Source: an uncultured Planctomycetales bacterium (GTDB taxonomy: Bacteria; Planctomycetota; Phycisphaerae; UBA1845; PWPN01). From it: DNA of 60,659 nucleotides. Below are positions 60,501 to 60,659 of the stretch, piece after piece (within the stretch, counting starts at the first letter, position 1; each line of letters starts with the position of its first letter). The notes beneath the pieces are model-generated. The model was not told where the DNA came from and made no database searches. It saw nothing but the letters and a program-made list of their open reading frames with translations. The translations under genes were made by a program, and so were the position numbers. Where the stretch lies: assembly GCA_964511155.1 (NCBI GenBank), contig CAZEEJ010000005.1:1-60659 (forward strand), written 5' to 3'.

Positions 60501-60659
60501 AGCTACGCACACTGCAACAGCAGCACGCCGAGGACGTCGCCGTACGCGAGCTGTTGGCCAAGGGACTGAACAACGCCATCGCCGACGCCGGGGCCGACCA
60601 CGACCGGGCGGACCGACTGCTGGACGAGCTACGCACACTGCAACAGCAGCACGCCGAGG
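57527..60659 (+). CDS. STAND-type P-loop NTPase with N-terminal TM helices and a C-terminal 42-aa helical (TPR-like) repeat array; runs off the right window edge
   Basis: Not in the ORF track. The frame with codon starts congruent to 2 mod 3 is open from the TAG at 57377-57379 to the window end. Walker A WTGPAGSGKSRLAL (58541 onward), Walker B-like TLIVFDYVHE. TM stretch AAFVITAAGVAGFAVLCATGIVPTAVLASATGGLGASVLAGVIANAL. Start proposed at TTG 57527 (GAGGA 7 nt upstream). Alternatives are GTG 57590 and ATG 57962. Confidence 0.8.
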   Translation, partial: MAKAPTDAAFVITAAGVAGFAVLCATGIVPTAVLASATGGLGASVLAGVIANALSAAARCTPSRLRSSTSLGKNNDLVRLTADAAYHCARTVTERRPRWKVCCWGERRALGRAARRLREQWANVDASSLGETCRSERVVDWFRQSMTDAAGIPAPLDLHQWRNLVYNACDGKLATKLRDELAAELHAKFTRWVRERFKADAMGDTPAKGRAYAALQMALLGGLYEAITQVADSSERTRVGVDQLTKAVEDIRRRVDDIAKAHPDLSELANQLRQSEARLLEAIGANHAPLITLPKPDPEGPRFVFRTERLTLVGREAELAELNGWLDEERPFSWDLWTGPAGSGKSRLALRLCRERTKEGWRAGFYDHQSDHPVRWDNWDPARDTLIVFDYVHERADKIGAALRTLAGRSWPKGRRVRVLLLEREIARPPDAPKEDVPTKVTQALPGWFDELIREGKQNPAPFRETHARQDIERPERPIAGVDDDALAAMVREETRLATDGTPAVIEDDEVAKRINIIKQIDPRARPLFAAMAAEAIRENTATDATLAKWDVRELVDYIRDKEHTRWTKALKGHGVSESAAIARWERFACLATMCGGLIGDARRKALTHSNAGLPNREDWRNGETYRLLIAGGSNDEAAPLEPDVLGEAYVLDWLGDDPDFAKGLVDLAWQVGSGSGQGASGRAGGAGFAGFLTRAAQNFPDHPMVDQLLAPISVADPRALANAHLARTLRPFLAGDLTKLAARGRTLLLAPEQPPLVRTLGALMWTQGPFSAEALDELLDEVGPLNNQHTEDAAVRELLAQGLANAIAHAGADHDRADRLLDELRTLQQQHAEDAAVREQLAKGLNNVIFHARADHDRADRLLDKLRTLQQQYAEDAAVREPLAKGLNNAIAHAGADHDRADRLLDELRTLDQRYADDAAVRRQLANGLFNAFNNAGADHDRADRLLDELRALQQQHAEDAAVRERLAKGLTNAIAPAGADHDRADRLLKELRTLQQQHAEDVAVRELLAKGLNNAIADAGADHDRADRLLDELRTLQQQHAE
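59897..60659 (+). repeat. Six complete 126-bp tandem repeats, plus the start of a seventh, inside the STAND gene
   Basis: Unit boundaries at 59897, 60023, 60149, 60275, 60401, 60527 and 60653. Consensus AEDAAVRExLAKGLxNAIxxAGADHDRADRLLDELRTLQQQH. Confidence 0.9.

Noticed and set aside
57512-60636. Three long minus-strand ORFs (57512..58387, 58580..59971, 59647..60636), the last with a serine/arginine/cysteine-rich repeat
   Set aside because: They are antisense to the plus-strand frame that encodes a Walker A/B NTPase and coherent amphipathic 42-aa repeats. The minus-strand translations (SSSRSARSWSAPA...CCCC) are compositionally implausible mirror images of the repeat.

Overview
GC-rich bacterial chromosomal segment. 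The gene content, the giant secreted proteins with dockerin-like tails and the dense palindromic intergenic repeats fit Planctomycetota best, but that assignment is an inference.

Layout, left to right:
- 1-4.4 kb: housekeeping genes. These are a membrane protein fragment, an SpmA/SpmB-like pair, a DUF1343/NamZ-like muramidase and gpmA.
- 4.6-33.2 kb: one minus-strand polysaccharide operon of 23 genes, headed by a NusG paralogue. It holds 6 glycosyltransferases, 4 left-handed beta-helix (LbH) acetyltransferases, 3 NodB-type deacetylases and an MBOAT plus SGNH-like pair. It also holds an ATP-grasp, a FemAB-like protein, a methyltransferase, an O-antigen-ligase-like protein and a secreted heparinase II/III-like protein. 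One ORF fuses a Wzx-like flippase to a heparinase II/III-like domain.
- 33.4-39.5 kb: VanZ-like gene, DEAD-box helicase, alr, a eukaryote-type (GT3-like) glycogen-synthase homologue and a VapBC pair.
- 39.7-57.0 kb: three very large secreted proteins. They are a 2579-aa S8 protease, an 861-aa Ig/propeller protein and an 812-aa PHP-domain protein, all with Ca-binding dockerin-like C-termini. Two of them end in the identical tail ADPACDD.
- 51.1-53.7 kb: a CydA-like membrane protein with a C-terminal CxxCH cytochrome c domain, plus a polytopic partner.
- 53.7-54.4 kb: a decayed two-gene cassette buried in repeats.
- 57.5 kb to the right edge: a STAND-type P-loop NTPase that is absent from the supplied ORF track because it never reaches a stop. 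It has predicted N-terminal transmembrane (TM) helices and at least 6 near-identical 126-bp (42-aa) tandem repeats. Substitutions in the repeats sit on one helix face.

At least six families of short palindromic dispersed repeats fill nearly every uncoupled intergenic spacer. I recognised no rRNA, tRNA, CRISPR array, transposase or integrase. All family assignments rest on motifs read by eye. No database search was run.
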